Shown here in pieces: positions 31,373-41,532 of a stretch of DNA of 58,375 bases. This DNA is from an uncultured Alphaproteobacteria bacterium. GTDB taxonomy: Bacteria > Pseudomonadota > Alphaproteobacteria > JAAXGF01. The stretch spans positions 1 through 58,375 of the forward strand of contig CAYYWV010000002.1 of NCBI GenBank assembly GCA_964475385.1. The letters are read 5' to 3'. A program made the translations under genes and the position numbers. A model generated the notes under the pieces. That model ran no database searches. It had not been told where the DNA came from and was given only the letters and a program-made list of their open reading frames with translations. How positions within the stretch are numbered: position 1 is the stretch's first letter; each line of letters starts with the position of its first letter.

Positions 31373-32814
31373 CCATGCCTGTGACCAGCCCGGATTTCCG
31401 CGCCAACGCGGCGCGCGCGCTGCATGATGCGGACCTTCAGCGCGCGCTCGTCAAGATGAAGGCGGGTTTCATCGACAAGCGCCGGCGCGCGGTCGAGCGC
31501 CTGCCCGAGTTCGAGGCCTTGCGCGACGCCGCCCGCGCCATCAAGGACCATGTGCTCGACAATCTCGACCTCTACCTCGAGATCTTCGAGGCTCGGGTGG
31601 TCGAGGCCGGCGGCCGGGTCCACTGGTGCGCCGATCCGCAGGCCGCGCGCGAAACCGTGCTCGCGCTTTGCCAAGAAGCCGGCGCGCGCACCGTGACCAA
31701 GAGCAAGAGCATGATCGCCGAGGAGATCGGGCTCAACGACTATCTGCTCGAGCACGGGATCGAGCCGATCGAGACCGATCTCGGCGAATACATCATCCAG
31801 CTCGCCCAGGAGCCGCCGAGCCACATCATCGCGCCCGCGGTCCACAAGACCAAGGAGCAGGTCGCCGACCTGTTCGTCGACCACCACCGCCGCTACGGCT
31901 TCACCGAGCGCCACACCGCGCCGCGCGCGCTCGTCGACGAAGCGCGCAAGGTGCTGCGCCAGAAGTACATCGACGCCGACGTCGGCATCACGGGGGCGAA
32001 CTTCCTGATCGCCGAGACCGGCTCCAGCGTCACCGTGACCAACGAGGGCAACGCCGATCTCACCCAGCTTCTGCCGCCGGTCCATATCGTGATCGCGAGC
32101 ATCGAGAAGCTGGTGCCCACGCTTGAGGACGCCATGACGCTCCTGCGCGTGCTCGCGCGCTCGGCGACAGGGCAGGAATTTTCCTCCTACACGACGGTCT
32201 CGACCGGCCCCCGCCGCGCCGACGATCCGGACGGCCCGGCCGCGTTCCACGTGGTGCTGCTCGACAACGGGCGGTCGGCGCTCCTCGGCGGCCCGTTTCG
32301 CGATATCCTGCGCTGCATCCGTTGCGGGGCCTGCCTGAATCATTGTCCGGTCTACGGGGCGATCGGCGGCCACGCTTATGGTTGGGTCTACCCGGGGCCG
32401 ATGGGCGCGGTGCTCACTCCGGCGCTGATCGGCATCGAGAAGGCGGGAAACCTCCCAAACGCCTCGACCTTCTGCGGCAAGTGCGAAAGCGTTTGCCCGA
32501 TGCGAATCCCTTTGCCGGCGCTGATGCGGCGCTGGCGCGAGGTCGAGTTCGCGCGCGCGCTGCCGCCGGCGGGGTTCCGCCGCGGCCTCGGGCTCTGGGC
32601 CTGGGCCGCGCGCCGGCCCGCGTTCTATCGCCTGGGCGCGCGGATCGCGGCGCGCGCGCTCGCGTTCGCCGCCCGCGGCCGCGGCGCGCTCGCTCGCTTT
32701 CCGGGCGCCGGCGGCTGGACCGCGGCGCGCGATCTGCCCGCGCCCGAGGGCCGCACCTTTCACGAGCTGTGGGCCGCGCGGGGCGCGGCGCGCGCCGAGG
32801 CGCGGCGGCCATGA
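31369..32814 (+). CDS. lutB: lactate utilization iron-sulfur protein LutB
   Basis: ORF track 30493..32814, trimmed to ATG 31369, which overlaps the lutA stop (ATGA). It has a 4Fe-4S motif, CIRCGACLNHCPVY, and a second Cys cluster, CGKCESVCP. Confidence 0.9.
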   Translation: MTMPVTSPDFRANAARALHDADLQRALVKMKAGFIDKRRRAVERLPEFEALRDAARAIKDHVLDNLDLYLEIFEARVVEAGGRVHWCADPQAARETVLALCQEAGARTVTKSKSMIAEEIGLNDYLLEHGIEPIETDLGEYIIQLAQEPPSHIIAPAVHKTKEQVADLFVDHHRRYGFTERHTAPRALVDEARKVLRQKYIDADVGITGANFLIAETGSSVTVTNEGNADLTQLLPPVHIVIASIEKLVPTLEDAMTLLRVLARSATGQEFSSYTTVSTGPRRADDPDGPAAFHVVLLDNGRSALLGGPFRDILRCIRCGACLNHCPVYGAIGGHAYGWVYPGPMGAVLTPALIGIEKAGNLPNASTFCGKCESVCPMRIPLPALMRRWREVEFARALPPAGFRRGLGLWAWAARRPAFYRLGARIAARALAFAARGRGALARFPGAGGWTAARDLPAPEGRTFHELWAARGAARAEARRP

Positions 32815-33503
32815 ACGGACGGGAGAGAATTCTGAGCGCGCTGCGCGCCGCCCGGGCGGCGCGCCAGGGGGCCGACGACGCCGCGGCCCGGGCCGCGGTC
32901 GAGGCCCGGCTCCGCGCCCACGCCCCGGGTCCGATCCCGGCCCGCGCCCGGCGGCCCCACGAGGCGCAGGTGGCGCTGTTCATCGCCATGGCCGAGGAGG
33001 TCTCGGCGACGGTCGCGCGGGTCGCGCGGGCCGCGGACGCGCCGGCGGCGATCGCCGGTTGGCTCGCCGAGAACAACCTGCCGGCGGCGGCGGCGATCGC
33101 GCCCGATCCGCTGCTCGACGCCCTGCCCTGGGCGGAGGGCGCGCCCCTTCTCGCGCTCCGCCGCGGTCCGCCGCGGCCTGAGGACGCGGTCGGCGTCACC
33201 GGCGCCTTCGCCGGCGTCGCCGAGACCGGGACGCTCATGCTGCTGTCGGGGCCCGAGCACCCCTCGACCCTCAACTTCCTGCCCGACACCCATGTCGTCG
33301 TGCTGCCGGCGGCGCGGATCGTCGGGACTTACGAGGACGGGCTTGCGCGGCTGCGCGCGCGCGGCCCCATGCCGCGCACCCTCAATTTCGTCACCGGGCC
33401 GTCGCGCACCGCCGATATCGAGCAGACCATCCAGCTCGGCGCGCATGGGCCCAGGCGGCTCCATATCGTGATCGTCGATGACGCGCCCGCCGAAGACCCC
33501 TGA
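32811..33503 (+). CDS. lutC: lactate utilization protein C (LUD domain)
   Basis: ORF track 32322..33503, trimmed to ATG 32811, which overlaps the lutB stop. Sequence shows GVAETGTLML and FVTGPSRTADIEQT. Confidence 0.85.
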   Translation: MNGRERILSALRAARAARQGADDAAARAAVEARLRAHAPGPIPARARRPHEAQVALFIAMAEEVSATVARVARAADAPAAIAGWLAENNLPAAAAIAPDPLLDALPWAEGAPLLALRRGPPRPEDAVGVTGAFAGVAETGTLMLLSGPEHPSTLNFLPDTHVVVLPAARIVGTYEDGLARLRARGPMPRTLNFVTGPSRTADIEQTIQLGAHGPRRLHIVIVDDAPAEDP

Positions 33504-34080
33504 GAAGGCGCCCGGGCCGCCCGCCGTGGCGGACGAGGCGTTGTGGCGGGCGGTGGTCCGCGACGTCAAGCCGCTCAGCCCGCGCCGGGCCGCAACGTCC
33601 ACGGCGTCCGCGCCGACCCGCGAGGACAGGACTCCGCGCGCGCCTGCGAAGGCCGAGAAGCCGCGCCCAGCGCCGCCGCGCGCCCGGCCCGCGCCGGCCC
33701 CGAAACCGCCGCCGCTTCCCGCGCTCGCGCCCGGCGAGGCCCCGGGGCTTGATGCGCGCACGGCGCTCCGCCTCAAGCGCGGCCAGCTCAAGATCGAGGC
33801 CCGGCTCGACCTTCACGGCATGACCCAGGCCGAGGCCCACGCCCGGCTCGCGACCTTTCTGGCCGAGGCCCAGAAGCGCGGGCGGCGCTGCGTCCTCGTG
33901 ATCACGGGCCGCGGCCGGACCCGGCCCGAAGGCGGGATCTTGCGCGCCGCGGTGCCGCGGTGGCTGAATCAGCCGCCCTGCCGCGCCCGCATCCTCGCCT
34001 TCGCCACCGCCCAGCCCGGCGACGGCGGCGCGGGCGCGCTCTACGTCCTTCTGAAGAAACGCCGCGGCCCCGCCGTATAG
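33478..34080 (+). CDS. Smr-domain protein
   Basis: ORF 33478..34080. The C-terminal Smr domain reads LDLHGMTQAEAHARLATFL...VLVITGRG. The N-terminus is Pro-rich. Confidence 0.85.
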   Translation: MTRPPKTPEKAPGPPAVADEALWRAVVRDVKPLSPRRAATSTASAPTREDRTPRAPAKAEKPRPAPPRARPAPAPKPPPLPALAPGEAPGLDARTALRLKRGQLKIEARLDLHGMTQAEAHARLATFLAEAQKRGRRCVLVITGRGRTRPEGGILRAAVPRWLNQPPCRARILAFATAQPGDGGAGALYVLLKKRRGPAV

Positions 34081-34081
34081 C

Positions 34082-34095
34082 ATTGCATATGCAAT
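34082..34095. repeat. 14-bp perfect palindrome ATTGCATATGCAAT
   Basis: Read directly from the sequence. It lies in the 50-bp spacer between the convergent smr and hslU stops. It shares CATATGCAA with the GTATATGCA motif family. Confidence 0.9.
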
Positions 34096-34130
34096 AAGAG
34101 GCGGGCGCGAGGGCTGCGCCCGGCCGGGCG

Positions 34131-35441
34131 TCAGAGGATGAACTTCGAGAGGTCGGCGTCCTTGGCGAGATCGCCGACGTGGGCGCGCACATACTCGGCG
34201 TCGATCACGACCTCGCTGCCCGCCCGGTCGGGGGCCTCGAAGCTGATCTCCTCCAAGAGCCGCTCCATCACCGTGTGCAGCCGCCGCGCGCCGATGTTCT
34301 CGACCGTCTGATTGATGTCGGCGGCGAGCGCGGCGATCGATTCGATGGCGTCGTCGGTGAACCGCAAGGTCACCCCTTCGGTCGCCAAAAGCGCGACGTA
34401 CTGCTTCACGAGGCTCGCCTCGGGCTCGGTCAGGATGCGCACGAAGTCCTCGCGGCCGAGCGCCGAAAGCTCGACCCGGATCGGCAGCCGGCCCTGAAGC
34501 TCGGGCAGGAGGTCCGAAGGCTTGGCGAGGTGGAAAGCGCCCGAGGCGATGAACAGGATGTGGTCGGTCTTGACCGCGCCGTGCTTGGTGGCGACGGTCG
34601 TGCCTTCGATCAGGGGCAGGAGGTCGCGTTGGACGCCTTCGCGGCTCACGTCGGCGCCGACCCGCTCGGAGCGCGCGCAGATCTTGTCGAGCTCGTCGAT
34701 GAACACGATCCCGTTCTGCTCGACCGCCTGGAGGGCCTCGCGGACCACGCGCTCCTGGTCGAGGAGCTTGTCGCTTTCCTCGGCCATGAGCACCGCGTAA
34801 GAGTCGGCGACCGTCAAACGCTTGCGCGTCGTGCGCGGACCGAACGCCTTGCCGAAGATGTCGTTGAGATTGAGCATCCCCATCTGCGCCCCCGGCATCC
34901 CCGGGATATCGAAGGTGGGAAGCGTCATCGCGCTCGAGTCCGAGACCTCGACCTCGATCTCCTTGTCGGCGAGCGCGCCTTCGCGCAGCATCTTGCGGAA
35001 CTTCTGCCGGGTCTCTGGGCTCGCGGTCTCGCCGACCAGCGCGTCGAGCACGCGCTCCTCGGCGTTGAGCTCGGCCTTGGCGGCGACCTCGCGGCGCATC
35101 TGCTCGCGGGTCATGTTGATGGCGATCTCCACGAGGTCGCGGACGATCTGCTCGACGTCGCGCCCCACATAGCCCACTTCGGTGAACTTGGTCGCCTCGA
35201 CCTTGAGGAAGGGCGCGCCCGCGAGCCGCGCGAGCCGGCGCGCGATCTCGGTCTTGCCGACGCCCGTGGGCCCGATCATGAGGATGTTCTTGGGCAGCAC
35301 CTCGTCGCGCAGCGCCTCGGGCAATTGCTGGCGGCGCCAGCGGTTGCGCAGCGCGATCGCCACGGCGCGCTTGGCGTCGTTCTGGCCGACGATGAAGCGG
35401 TCGAGCTCGGAGACGATCTCGCGCGGGCTGAAGGCGGTCAT
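34131..35441 (-). CDS. hslU: ATP-dependent protease ATPase subunit HslU
   Basis: ORF track 34131..36044, trimmed to ATG 35441, which overlaps the hslV stop (ATGA). It starts [20 protein letters not shown] and has the Walker [16 protein letters not shown]. Confidence 0.98.
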   Translation of the reverse strand: MTAFSPREIVSELDRFIVGQNDAKRAVAIALRNRWRRQQLPEALRDEVLPKNILMIGPTGVGKTEIARRLARLAGAPFLKVEATKFTEVGYVGRDVEQIVRDLVEIAINMTREQMRREVAAKAELNAEERVLDALVGETASPETRQKFRKMLREGALADKEIEVEVSDSSAMTLPTFDIPGMPGAQMGMLNLNDIFGKAFGPRTTRKRLTVADSYAVLMAEESDKLLDQERVVREALQAVEQNGIVFIDELDKICARSERVGADVSREGVQRDLLPLIEGTTVATKHGAVKTDHILFIASGAFHLAKPSDLLPELQGRLPIRVELSALGREDFVRILTEPEASLVKQYVALLATEGVTLRFTDDAIESIAALAADINQTVENIGARRLHTVMERLLEEISFEAPDRAGSEVVIDAEYVRAHVGDLAKDADLSKFIL

Positions 35442-35995
35442 GCCGGGTCGAGCCTGTCGAGGGTGACGGAATCGTTCGTGTATATGCAAATTTGGGCCGC
35501 GATGGCCATCGCCTTGCGGGCGACCGCCTCGGCGTCGAGGCCTTCGATGTCGATCAGCGCGCGGGCGGCGGCGAGCGCATAATTGCCGCCCGAGCCGATG
35601 CCGATCAGCCCGTCGTCGGGCTCGAGCACGTCGCCGGTCCCGCTCAGCAACAGCGAGACGTCGCGGTCGGCGACCGCCATCAGGGCCTCGAGCCGACGCA
35701 GGTAACGGTCTGTGCGCCAGTCCTTGGCGAGCTCGACGCAGGCGCGCATGAGCTGGCCCGGATGGCGTTCGAGCTTGGCCTCGAGGCGTTCGAACAAGGT
35801 GAAGGCGTCGGCCGTCGCGCCCGCGAAGCCGGCGAGGATGCGGCCGTCGCCGAGCCTTCGGATCTTGCGCGCGTTCGCCTTGACGACCGTGTCGCCCATG
35901 CTGACCTGGCCGTCGCCGGCGATGACCACGACGCCGTTCTTGCGTATGCACAGGATGGTCGTCCCGCGCCACTGGGTGCTGTCGGTCTCGGGCAT
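35438..35995 (-). CDS. hslV: ATP-dependent protease subunit HslV
   Basis: ORF 35438..35995. Sequence shows [24 protein letters not shown]. Confidence 0.97.
   Translation of the reverse strand: MPETDSTQWRGTTILCIRKNGVVVIAGDGQVSMGDTVVKANARKIRRLGDGRILAGFAGATADAFTLFERLEAKLERHPGQLMRACVELAKDWRTDRYLRRLEALMAVADRDVSLLLSGTGDVLEPDDGLIGIGSGGNYALAAARALIDIEGLDAEAVARKAMAIAAQICIYTNDSVTLDRLDPA
35480..35488 (+). repeat. GTATATGCA motif copy 4 (context cGTGTATATGCAAAtt)
   Basis: Exact 9-mer inside the hslV 3' end (codons CAA ATT TGC ATA TAC). On the minus strand it reads TTGCATATAC, 38 nt upstream of the hslU ATG. Confidence 0.9.
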
Positions 35996-36116
35996 TGGTC
36001 CTCGGATGGCGAGCGAAAGACGCCGGCCCGCGCCGGCCCCTCAAGAATTGGGTGTCGGGGCGCGGTCGTCAAGAGACCTCGCGCCGCCACGGGCCGGGCC
36101 GCAAAGGCCGGGACCG

Positions 36117-36818
36117 TCAGGACCGCCGCGGGGCCTCGCGCGCGCCCGCCGAAGCCGCGGGCTCGGCCCCGGTTGCGGCGCGGTCGACCGTAATCGAAAG
36201 CCGAAGCGCTTCCCCGCCCCAGCCCTCGACGACGACCTCGTTGACTCCGGGACGCAGGAGCGCGGCATCGCAACCCGCCGCGCCGCCGATCGGCTGGCCG
36301 TTGACCGTGATCCTTTCGCCCCCGCTTTTGAGCCGCGCGCCGCGCGGGCCGATATCGAGCGCGAGCGCGGCGCGCGCCGCCGAAGCGTTCGCGTCGTCTG
36401 CGCCGTTCCCGTTCGCGCCCACGGCCGCGATCTCCACGCTCACCCGCGCCGGCCCGCCGCCCGCGACCGGGGCCACCTCGGCGATCCAGCGGTTCATGGC
36501 GCGCAACCGCTTGATCAACGCGCGCAGCACCGCGAGGCTGTCGCGCGGCCGGCAGACGAAGGTCGCGAGCAGCGCCGCGTGGTCGATGGCGCTCGCGACC
36601 ACCGGCTCGACCGCGCGCGCGGTCGCCGAGCGGGTGGCGGCGTCGAGCACGCCCATCTCGCCGAACATGTCGCCTTCGCCGAGGAGCGCGAGCGTCAGCG
36701 GCCCGGTCCCGGTCTCCTTCGCGATCTCGACCCGGCCCGCGTGGATCACATAGGCGTAGTCCGCGGGATCGCCCTCGCGGAAGATGATCTCGCCGGCCTC
36801 GAAGCGGCGCTCGGTCAT
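36117..36818 (-). CDS. cyclic-nucleotide-binding domain protein with uncharacterised C-terminal half
   Basis: ORF 36117..36818. The N-terminal cNMP fold reads [27 protein letters not shown]...[12 protein letters not shown]...RSATARA. I do not recognise the C-terminal ~110 aa. Confidence 0.75.
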   Translation of the reverse strand: MTERRFEAGEIIFREGDPADYAYVIHAGRVEIAKETGTGPLTLALLGEGDMFGEMGVLDAATRSATARAVEPVVASAIDHAALLATFVCRPRDSLAVLRALIKRLRAMNRWIAEVAPVAGGGPARVSVEIAAVGANGNGADDANASAARAALALDIGPRGARLKSGGERITVNGQPIGGAAGCDAALLRPGVNEVVVEGWGGEALRLSITVDRAATGAEPAASAGAREAPRRS

Positions 36819-36986
36819 GGGCTGTTCTCTCTCGCCGTTGACTGTCAGGAAAGCAAGATAGTCCGCAGGGCCCCGACGGCAAACCTGCGTCGGGGCTTCG
36901 GCCCGCGGTTGGCAATGCGGTGGCGATTCGCGGCCGATCCTGATACAAGGGCCCCGATTCCCGATCGATCAGCAGGGGGAGCTCAC

Positions 36987-37607
36987 ATGCGCCAAGCGCG
37001 GGTCGAGCGCGCGACCACCGAAACCCGGGTCAGCGCGGCGGTCAACCTCGACGGCGTCGGCGCGGCCGATGTCGCGACCGGCATCGGCTTTCTCGATCAC
37101 ATGATCGAGCAGCTCGCGCGCCACAGCCTGATCGACATCACGGTCAGGGCCGAGGGCGACCTCCATATCGACGGCCATCACACCACAGAAGACACGGCGA
37201 TCGCGCTTGGCGCGGCGGTCGCCAAGGCGCTCGGCGAGCGCAAGGGCATTGCGCGCTTCGGGGCCGCGACCGTGCCGATGGACGAAGCCTGCGCGCGGGT
37301 CGCGCTCGACGCCTCGATGCGGCCTTATCTGGTCTGGAAGGTCGCCTTCTCCCGCTCCCGCCTCGGCGACATGGACACCGAGCTCTTTCGCGAGTGGTTT
37401 CAGGCCTTCGCCCAGCACGCCGGGCTGACCCTGCACGTCGAGTGCCTTTACGGCGAGAACAACCACCATATCATCGAGAGCTGCTTCAAGGCGCTCGCCC
37501 GCGCGCTCCGCGCGGCGGTGGCGATCGACCCGAGGCAGGCGGACCGGGTGCCGTCGACCAAAGGCGTGCTCGGCGGCGCGCCGAGCGCGGGCGGCGCGGG
37601 CGCGTAA
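36987..37607 (+). CDS. hisB: imidazoleglycerol-phosphate dehydratase
   Basis: ORF track 35712..37607, trimmed to ATG 36987. Sequence shows [35 protein letters not shown] and [12 protein letters not shown]. Confidence 0.95.
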   Translation: MRQARVERATTETRVSAAVNLDGVGAADVATGIGFLDHMIEQLARHSLIDITVRAEGDLHIDGHHTTEDTAIALGAAVAKALGERKGIARFGAATVPMDEACARVALDASMRPYLVWKVAFSRSRLGDMDTELFREWFQAFAQHAGLTLHVECLYGENNHHIIESCFKALARALRAAVAIDPRQADRVPSTKGVLGGAPSAGGAGA

Positions 37608-37619
37608 CAGAGACCTAAG

Positions 37620-38003
37620 ATGCGCATCTACACGGTTCACGTCGATCCCGCGCGCAGCGCCGACGACGACCGGGGCGTCGTGTTCGTGCGCGAAGGCTTT
37701 TGCTGGGGCGCGGCGCTGTTCACGGTGTTCTGGGCGCTGTGGCGCGGGCTTTGGGGCTGGGCCGCGGCGTTGGCCGTAGGGGCCGCGGCGCTCGGCGCGG
37801 CCGTCGATCTCTTCGGCCTCGACCCGGCGGTCGAGGCGGCGATCGAGATCGCGTTCATGGGTCTGATCGGGTTTCACGCCAACGACTGGCGGCGCGCGAA
37901 GCTCGCCCGCAAGGGTTATGTCTTCGCCGGCGTGGTGAGCGGACGCGATCTCTCGGCGGCCGAGCGCCGCTTCTTCGACCGCGAGGCGGCGCGGCCGGCG
38001 TGA
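37620..38003 (+). CDS. DUF2628 membrane protein
   Basis: ORF 37620..38003. Sequence shows VFVREGFCWGAALFTVFWALWRGLW. Two predicted TM helices. Confidence 0.75.
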   Translation: MRIYTVHVDPARSADDDRGVVFVREGFCWGAALFTVFWALWRGLWGWAAALAVGAAALGAAVDLFGLDPAVEAAIEIAFMGLIGFHANDWRRAKLARKGYVFAGVVSGRDLSAAERRFFDREAARPA

Positions 38004-38644
38004 GCGTCGTCATCGTCGATTACGGCTCGGGCAATCTGCACTCGGCGGCCAAGGCCTTCGAGCGCGCGGCCCGCGAGGCCGGGCTCGACAGGCGCGTGCG
38101 GGTGAGCGCCGATCCCGCGCTGATCCGCGCCGCCGACCGCATCGTGCTGCCCGGGGTCGGGGCCTTCGACGACTGCATGGCCCGGCTCGCCGCGCGGCCG
38201 GGGCTGCGGGCGGCGCTCGAAGACGCGGTGATCGGCGCGGGCCGGCCCTTTCTCGGCATCTGCGTCGGCCTCCAGCTTTGCGCGAGCGTGAGCTTCGAGC
38301 ATGGCCGTCACGAAGGGTTCGGCTGGATTCCGGGCGAGGTGACGGCGCTCGCCCCCGCCGATCCGGCGCTCAAGGTGCCGCATATGGGCTGGAACGACAT
38401 CGCGGTGGCGGCCCCCGCCCACCCGCTTCTTGAAGGAATCGCCACGGGCGCGCATTTCTACTTCGTGCACAGCTATCATCTGCGCTGCGACGATCAGGGG
38501 GACGTGCTCGCGACCGCTGATTACGGCGGTCCGGTGACCGCGGCGGCGGCCCGCGGCAACGTTGCGGGCGTGCAGTTCCACCCCGAGAAGAGCCAAGCGG
38601 CGGGGCTCGCGTTGATCGCCAACTTCCTGCGCTGGACGCCATGA
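38000..38644 (+). CDS. hisH: imidazole glycerol phosphate synthase, glutamine amidotransferase subunit
   Basis: ORF track 37700..38644, trimmed to GTG 38000, which overlaps the upstream stop. Sequence shows [32 protein letters not shown] and VQFHPEKS. Confidence 0.95.
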   Translation: MSVVIVDYGSGNLHSAAKAFERAAREAGLDRRVRVSADPALIRAADRIVLPGVGAFDDCMARLAARPGLRAALEDAVIGAGRPFLGICVGLQLCASVSFEHGRHEGFGWIPGEVTALAPADPALKVPHMGWNDIAVAAPAHPLLEGIATGAHFYFVHSYHLRCDDQGDVLATADYGGPVTAAAARGNVAGVQFHPEKSQAAGLALIANFLRWTP

Positions 38645-39186
38645 CCGAGCTCGCCGTCGAGACCAGCGTCGAGCGGGTGACGCGGCTGCGCCGGGCCGAC
38701 CTCGCCGACCTCTGCGAAGCGACCGAGGCGGCGATCCTCGACGGCAACGGCTTCGGCTGGCTGCGCCCGCCGCCCAGGGACCAGCTCGAAGCCTACTGGC
38801 GGGGGGTGCTCGTCGTGCCCGAACGCGCGCTCTTCGTCGCCCGGCTCGATCGGGTGATCGCGGGCTCGGCCCAGCTCATTCGCCCGCCGCCCAACCACGA
38901 GGCGCGCGCCTTCGCGGCCACGCTGTCGATCCACTTCGTCGCCCCTTGGGCGCGCGGCCACGGGCTCGCCCGCGCTTTGATCGAGGCGGTCGAGCGCGCG
39001 GCCCGCGGCGAAGGCTTCGAAGTCCTCTATCTCGACGTGCGCGAGACCCAGACCGCGGCGATCCATCTTTACGAAAGCTGCGGCTTTCAGCGCTGGGGAA
39101 CGCTGCCGTGGTACGCCCGCGACGCCGAAGGGCGGATGATCGCCGGCCATTTCTACGTCAAACGCCTGACCGGGACGGGATCGTGA
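38641..39186 (+). CDS. GNAT-family N-acetyltransferase
   Basis: ORF 38641..39186. The acetyl-CoA motif region reads [22 protein letters not shown]. The ATG overlaps the hisH stop, and its own stop overlaps the hisA GTG. Confidence 0.85.
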   Translation: MTELAVETSVERVTRLRRADLADLCEATEAAILDGNGFGWLRPPPRDQLEAYWRGVLVVPERALFVARLDRVIAGSAQLIRPPPNHEARAFAATLSIHFVAPWARGHGLARALIEAVERAARGEGFEVLYLDVRETQTAAIHLYESCGFQRWGTLPWYARDAEGRMIAGHFYVKRLTGTGS

Positions 39187-39908
39187 TCCTTTACCCCGCG
39201 ATCGACCTCAAGGACGGCGCCTGCGTGCGCCTGCGGCGCGGCGAGATGGATCGCGCGACCGTCTTTTCCCGCGACCCCGCGGCCCAGGCCCGCGCCTTCG
39301 CCGAAGCGGGCTGCGAGTGGCTGCACGTGGTCGACCTCGACGGCGCCTTTGCGGGCGCGCCGGTCAACCGGGCTGCGGTCGAGGCGATCGTCGCGGCGGT
39401 CGCGGTCCCGGTTCAGCTCGGCGGCGGGGTGCGCGACATGGCGACCCTCGAAGGCTGGCTCGAGGCCGGGGTGCGCCGGATCGTGCTGGGCACCGCGGCG
39501 GCGCGCGACCCCGACTTTCTCGTCGCCGCCTGCGCGCGCTATCCGGGGCGCGTCGCGGTCGGGATCGACGCCCGCAAGGGCCGGGTGGCGGTCGCGGGCT
39601 GGGCCGAGACCCTGCCGCTTGCGCTGCGCGATCTCGCGCGCCGCGCCGAGGACGCCGGCGCCGCGGCGATCGTCTACACCGACATCGCCCGCGACGGCAC
39701 CCTCGAAGGCCCCAATGTCGAAGCGACGCGCGCTCTGGCGCTTTCGGTCGCCATTCCGGTGATCGCCTCGGGCGGGGTCGCGTCGGCCTCCGATCTCGCG
39801 GCGCTCAAGGCCATCGAGAGCGCGGGCGTGGCCGGCGTCATCGTCGGGCGGGCCCTCTACGAAGGGCGGGTCGCGCTGGAGGAAGCGCGCGCGTTGCTCG
39901 CGAACTGA
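39183..39908 (+). CDS. hisA: ProFAR isomerase
   Basis: ORF track 38946..39908, trimmed to GTG 39183. Sequence shows [24 protein letters not shown] and IASGGVAS. Confidence 0.95.
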   Translation: MILYPAIDLKDGACVRLRRGEMDRATVFSRDPAAQARAFAEAGCEWLHVVDLDGAFAGAPVNRAAVEAIVAAVAVPVQLGGGVRDMATLEGWLEAGVRRIVLGTAAARDPDFLVAACARYPGRVAVGIDARKGRVAVAGWAETLPLALRDLARRAEDAGAAAIVYTDIARDGTLEGPNVEATRALALSVAIPVIASGGVASASDLAALKAIESAGVAGVIVGRALYEGRVALEEARALLAN

Positions 39909-39920
39909 GGGTCGGCCGCC

Positions 39921-40679
39921 ATGCTCAAGGTCCGCATCATCCCCTGTCTCGACGTTCGCGACGGCCGCGTGGTCAAGGGCGTGCGCTTCGTCGATCTGGT
40001 CGACGCCGGCGATCCGGTCGCCCAGGCGCGGGTCTACGACGCGCAAGGGGCGGACGAGCTCTGCTTCCTCGACATCACCGCCTCGCACGAGAGGCGCGAG
40101 ACCCTCTACGACGTGGTCGCGGCCACCGCCGAGGCCTGCTTCATGCCGCTCACCGTCGGCGGCGGGGTGCGCGCGGTCGACGATGTCCGCAGACTCTTGC
40201 GCGCGGGCGCCGATAAGGTCGCGATCAACACCGCGGCGGTCGCGCGGCCCGAGCTCGTGCGCGAGAGCGCCGAGGCGGTCGGCGTCCAATGCGTCGTGGT
40301 CGCGATCGACGCCAAGGAGACCCGGCCCGGCCGGTTCGAGGTGTTCACCCACGGCGGCCGACGCGCGACCGGGATCGACGCGGTCGAATGGGCGCAGCGG
40401 GTCGCAAGCCTGGGCGCGGGCGAGATCCTGCTCACCTCGATGGACCGCGACGGCACCCGCGCGGGCTTCAACCTCGCCCTCACCCGTGCGGTTGCAGATG
40501 CAGTTTCGGTGCCGGTGATCGCCTCGGGCGGCGTCGGCGCCCTCGACCATCTGGTCGCCGGCGTGCGCGAGGGCCATGCGAGCGCGGTGCTCGCCGCGTC
40601 GATCTTCCACTTCGGCGAGCACAGCGTCCGCGACGCCAAGGTGTATATGCAGAAAGCGGGGATTCCGGTGCGCCTTTAG
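39921..40679 (+). CDS. hisF: imidazole glycerol phosphate synthase, cyclase subunit
   Basis: ORF 39921..40679. Sequence shows [25 protein letters not shown] and IASGGVG. Confidence 0.97.
   Translation: MLKVRIIPCLDVRDGRVVKGVRFVDLVDAGDPVAQARVYDAQGADELCFLDITASHERRETLYDVVAATAEACFMPLTVGGGVRAVDDVRRLLRAGADKVAINTAAVARPELVRESAEAVGVQCVVVAIDAKETRPGRFEVFTHGGRRATGIDAVEWAQRVASLGAGEILLTSMDRDGTRAGFNLALTRAVADAVSVPVIASGGVGALDHLVAGVREGHASAVLAASIFHFGEHSVRDAKVYMQKAGIPVRL
40643..40651 (+). repeat. GTATATGCA motif copy 5 (context gGTGTATATGCAGAaa)
   Basis: Exact 9-mer in the last codons of hisF (GTG TAT ATG CAG AAA), about 90 nt upstream of hisI. Confidence 0.9.
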
Positions 40680-40738
40680 GCGCGCGCGCCGTGACAGGGG
40701 CCGCGGAATCTGCTACTCCCGGCGAGAGAGGGGCGTTC

Positions 40739-41155
40739 ATGACCGATACCGACGAGAGCGGCGGGCCGCGGGGGTTCATCGAAGCGATCGCCTTCGACCG
40801 CGACGGTCTGGTTCCGGCGATCGCCCAGGACCACGCCACGGGCGAGGTTCTGATGATGGCCTGGATGAACCGCGCCGCGGTCGAGGAGACGCTCGCGACC
40901 GGGCGGGTCTGCTACTGGTCGCGTTCGCGCCGCAGGCTGTGGCGCAAGGGCGAGCGCTCGGGCCATGTCCAGCGCCTTGTCGAGGCGCGGCTCGACTGCG
41001 ACGGGGACGCGCTGCTGTTGCGCATCGAGCAGGTCGGCGTCGCCTGCCACACCGGGCGGCGAAGCTGCTTCTACCGGGGCGAGCGCGAGGGCGCCTTGGT
41101 GACGCTCGCCGCCCCCGAGGTCGATCCGGAGACCGTCTATGGCCGATCCGACTGA
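40739..41155 (+). CDS. hisI: phosphoribosyl-AMP cyclohydrolase
   Basis: ORF track 40289..41155, trimmed to ATG 40739. Sequence shows [39 protein letters not shown] and CDGDALLL...[12 protein letters not shown]. Confidence 0.9.
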   Translation: MTDTDESGGPRGFIEAIAFDRDGLVPAIAQDHATGEVLMMAWMNRAAVEETLATGRVCYWSRSRRRLWRKGERSGHVQRLVEARLDCDGDALLLRIEQVGVACHTGRRSCFYRGEREGALVTLAAPEVDPETVYGRSD

Positions 41156-41516
41156 GCCTGCGGCCGACGCCCGCGTGCTCGACGCCGTGTTCGCCGTTGT
41201 CCGCGCCCGCCGCGCGGCCGACCCGGCGCAGTCCTACGTCGCGCGCCTTTACGCCGGGGGGCGCGCGCGGATCGCCCAGAAGCTCGGCGAGGAGGCGGTC
41301 GAGACGGTGATCGCGGCGCTCGCGGACGACCCCCGGGCGCTCGCCGCCGAAAGCGCCGATCTCCTGTTCCATCTTCTCGTGCTTTGGGCCGAGGCCGGCG
41401 TCGCGCCGGAGACGGTCTGGGCCGAGCTCGCGCGCCGGCGCGGCGCATCGGGGCTCGCCGAAAAGGCGGCCCGCGCGAAGGGCGACGGCGACAATGACAA
41501 TAAAGACAAAGACTAA
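41139..41516 (+). CDS. hisE: phosphoribosyl-ATP pyrophosphatase
   Basis: ORF 41139..41516. Sequence shows [29 protein letters not shown] and [12 protein letters not shown]. It overlaps hisI by 17 nt and has a charged tail, [11 protein letters not shown]. Confidence 0.9.
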   Translation: MADPTEPAADARVLDAVFAVVRARRAADPAQSYVARLYAGGRARIAQKLGEEAVETVIAALADDPRALAAESADLLFHLLVLWAEAGVAPETVWAELARRRGASGLAEKAARAKGDGDNDNKDKD

Positions 41517-41532
41517 GCGAGGGAGAGAACCG

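Noticed and set aside
37871-37878. parS half-site GTTTCACG inside the DUF2628 gene
   Set aside because: Only one half of the palindrome is present (GTTTCACGCCAACG). It is unlikely to bind ParB specifically.
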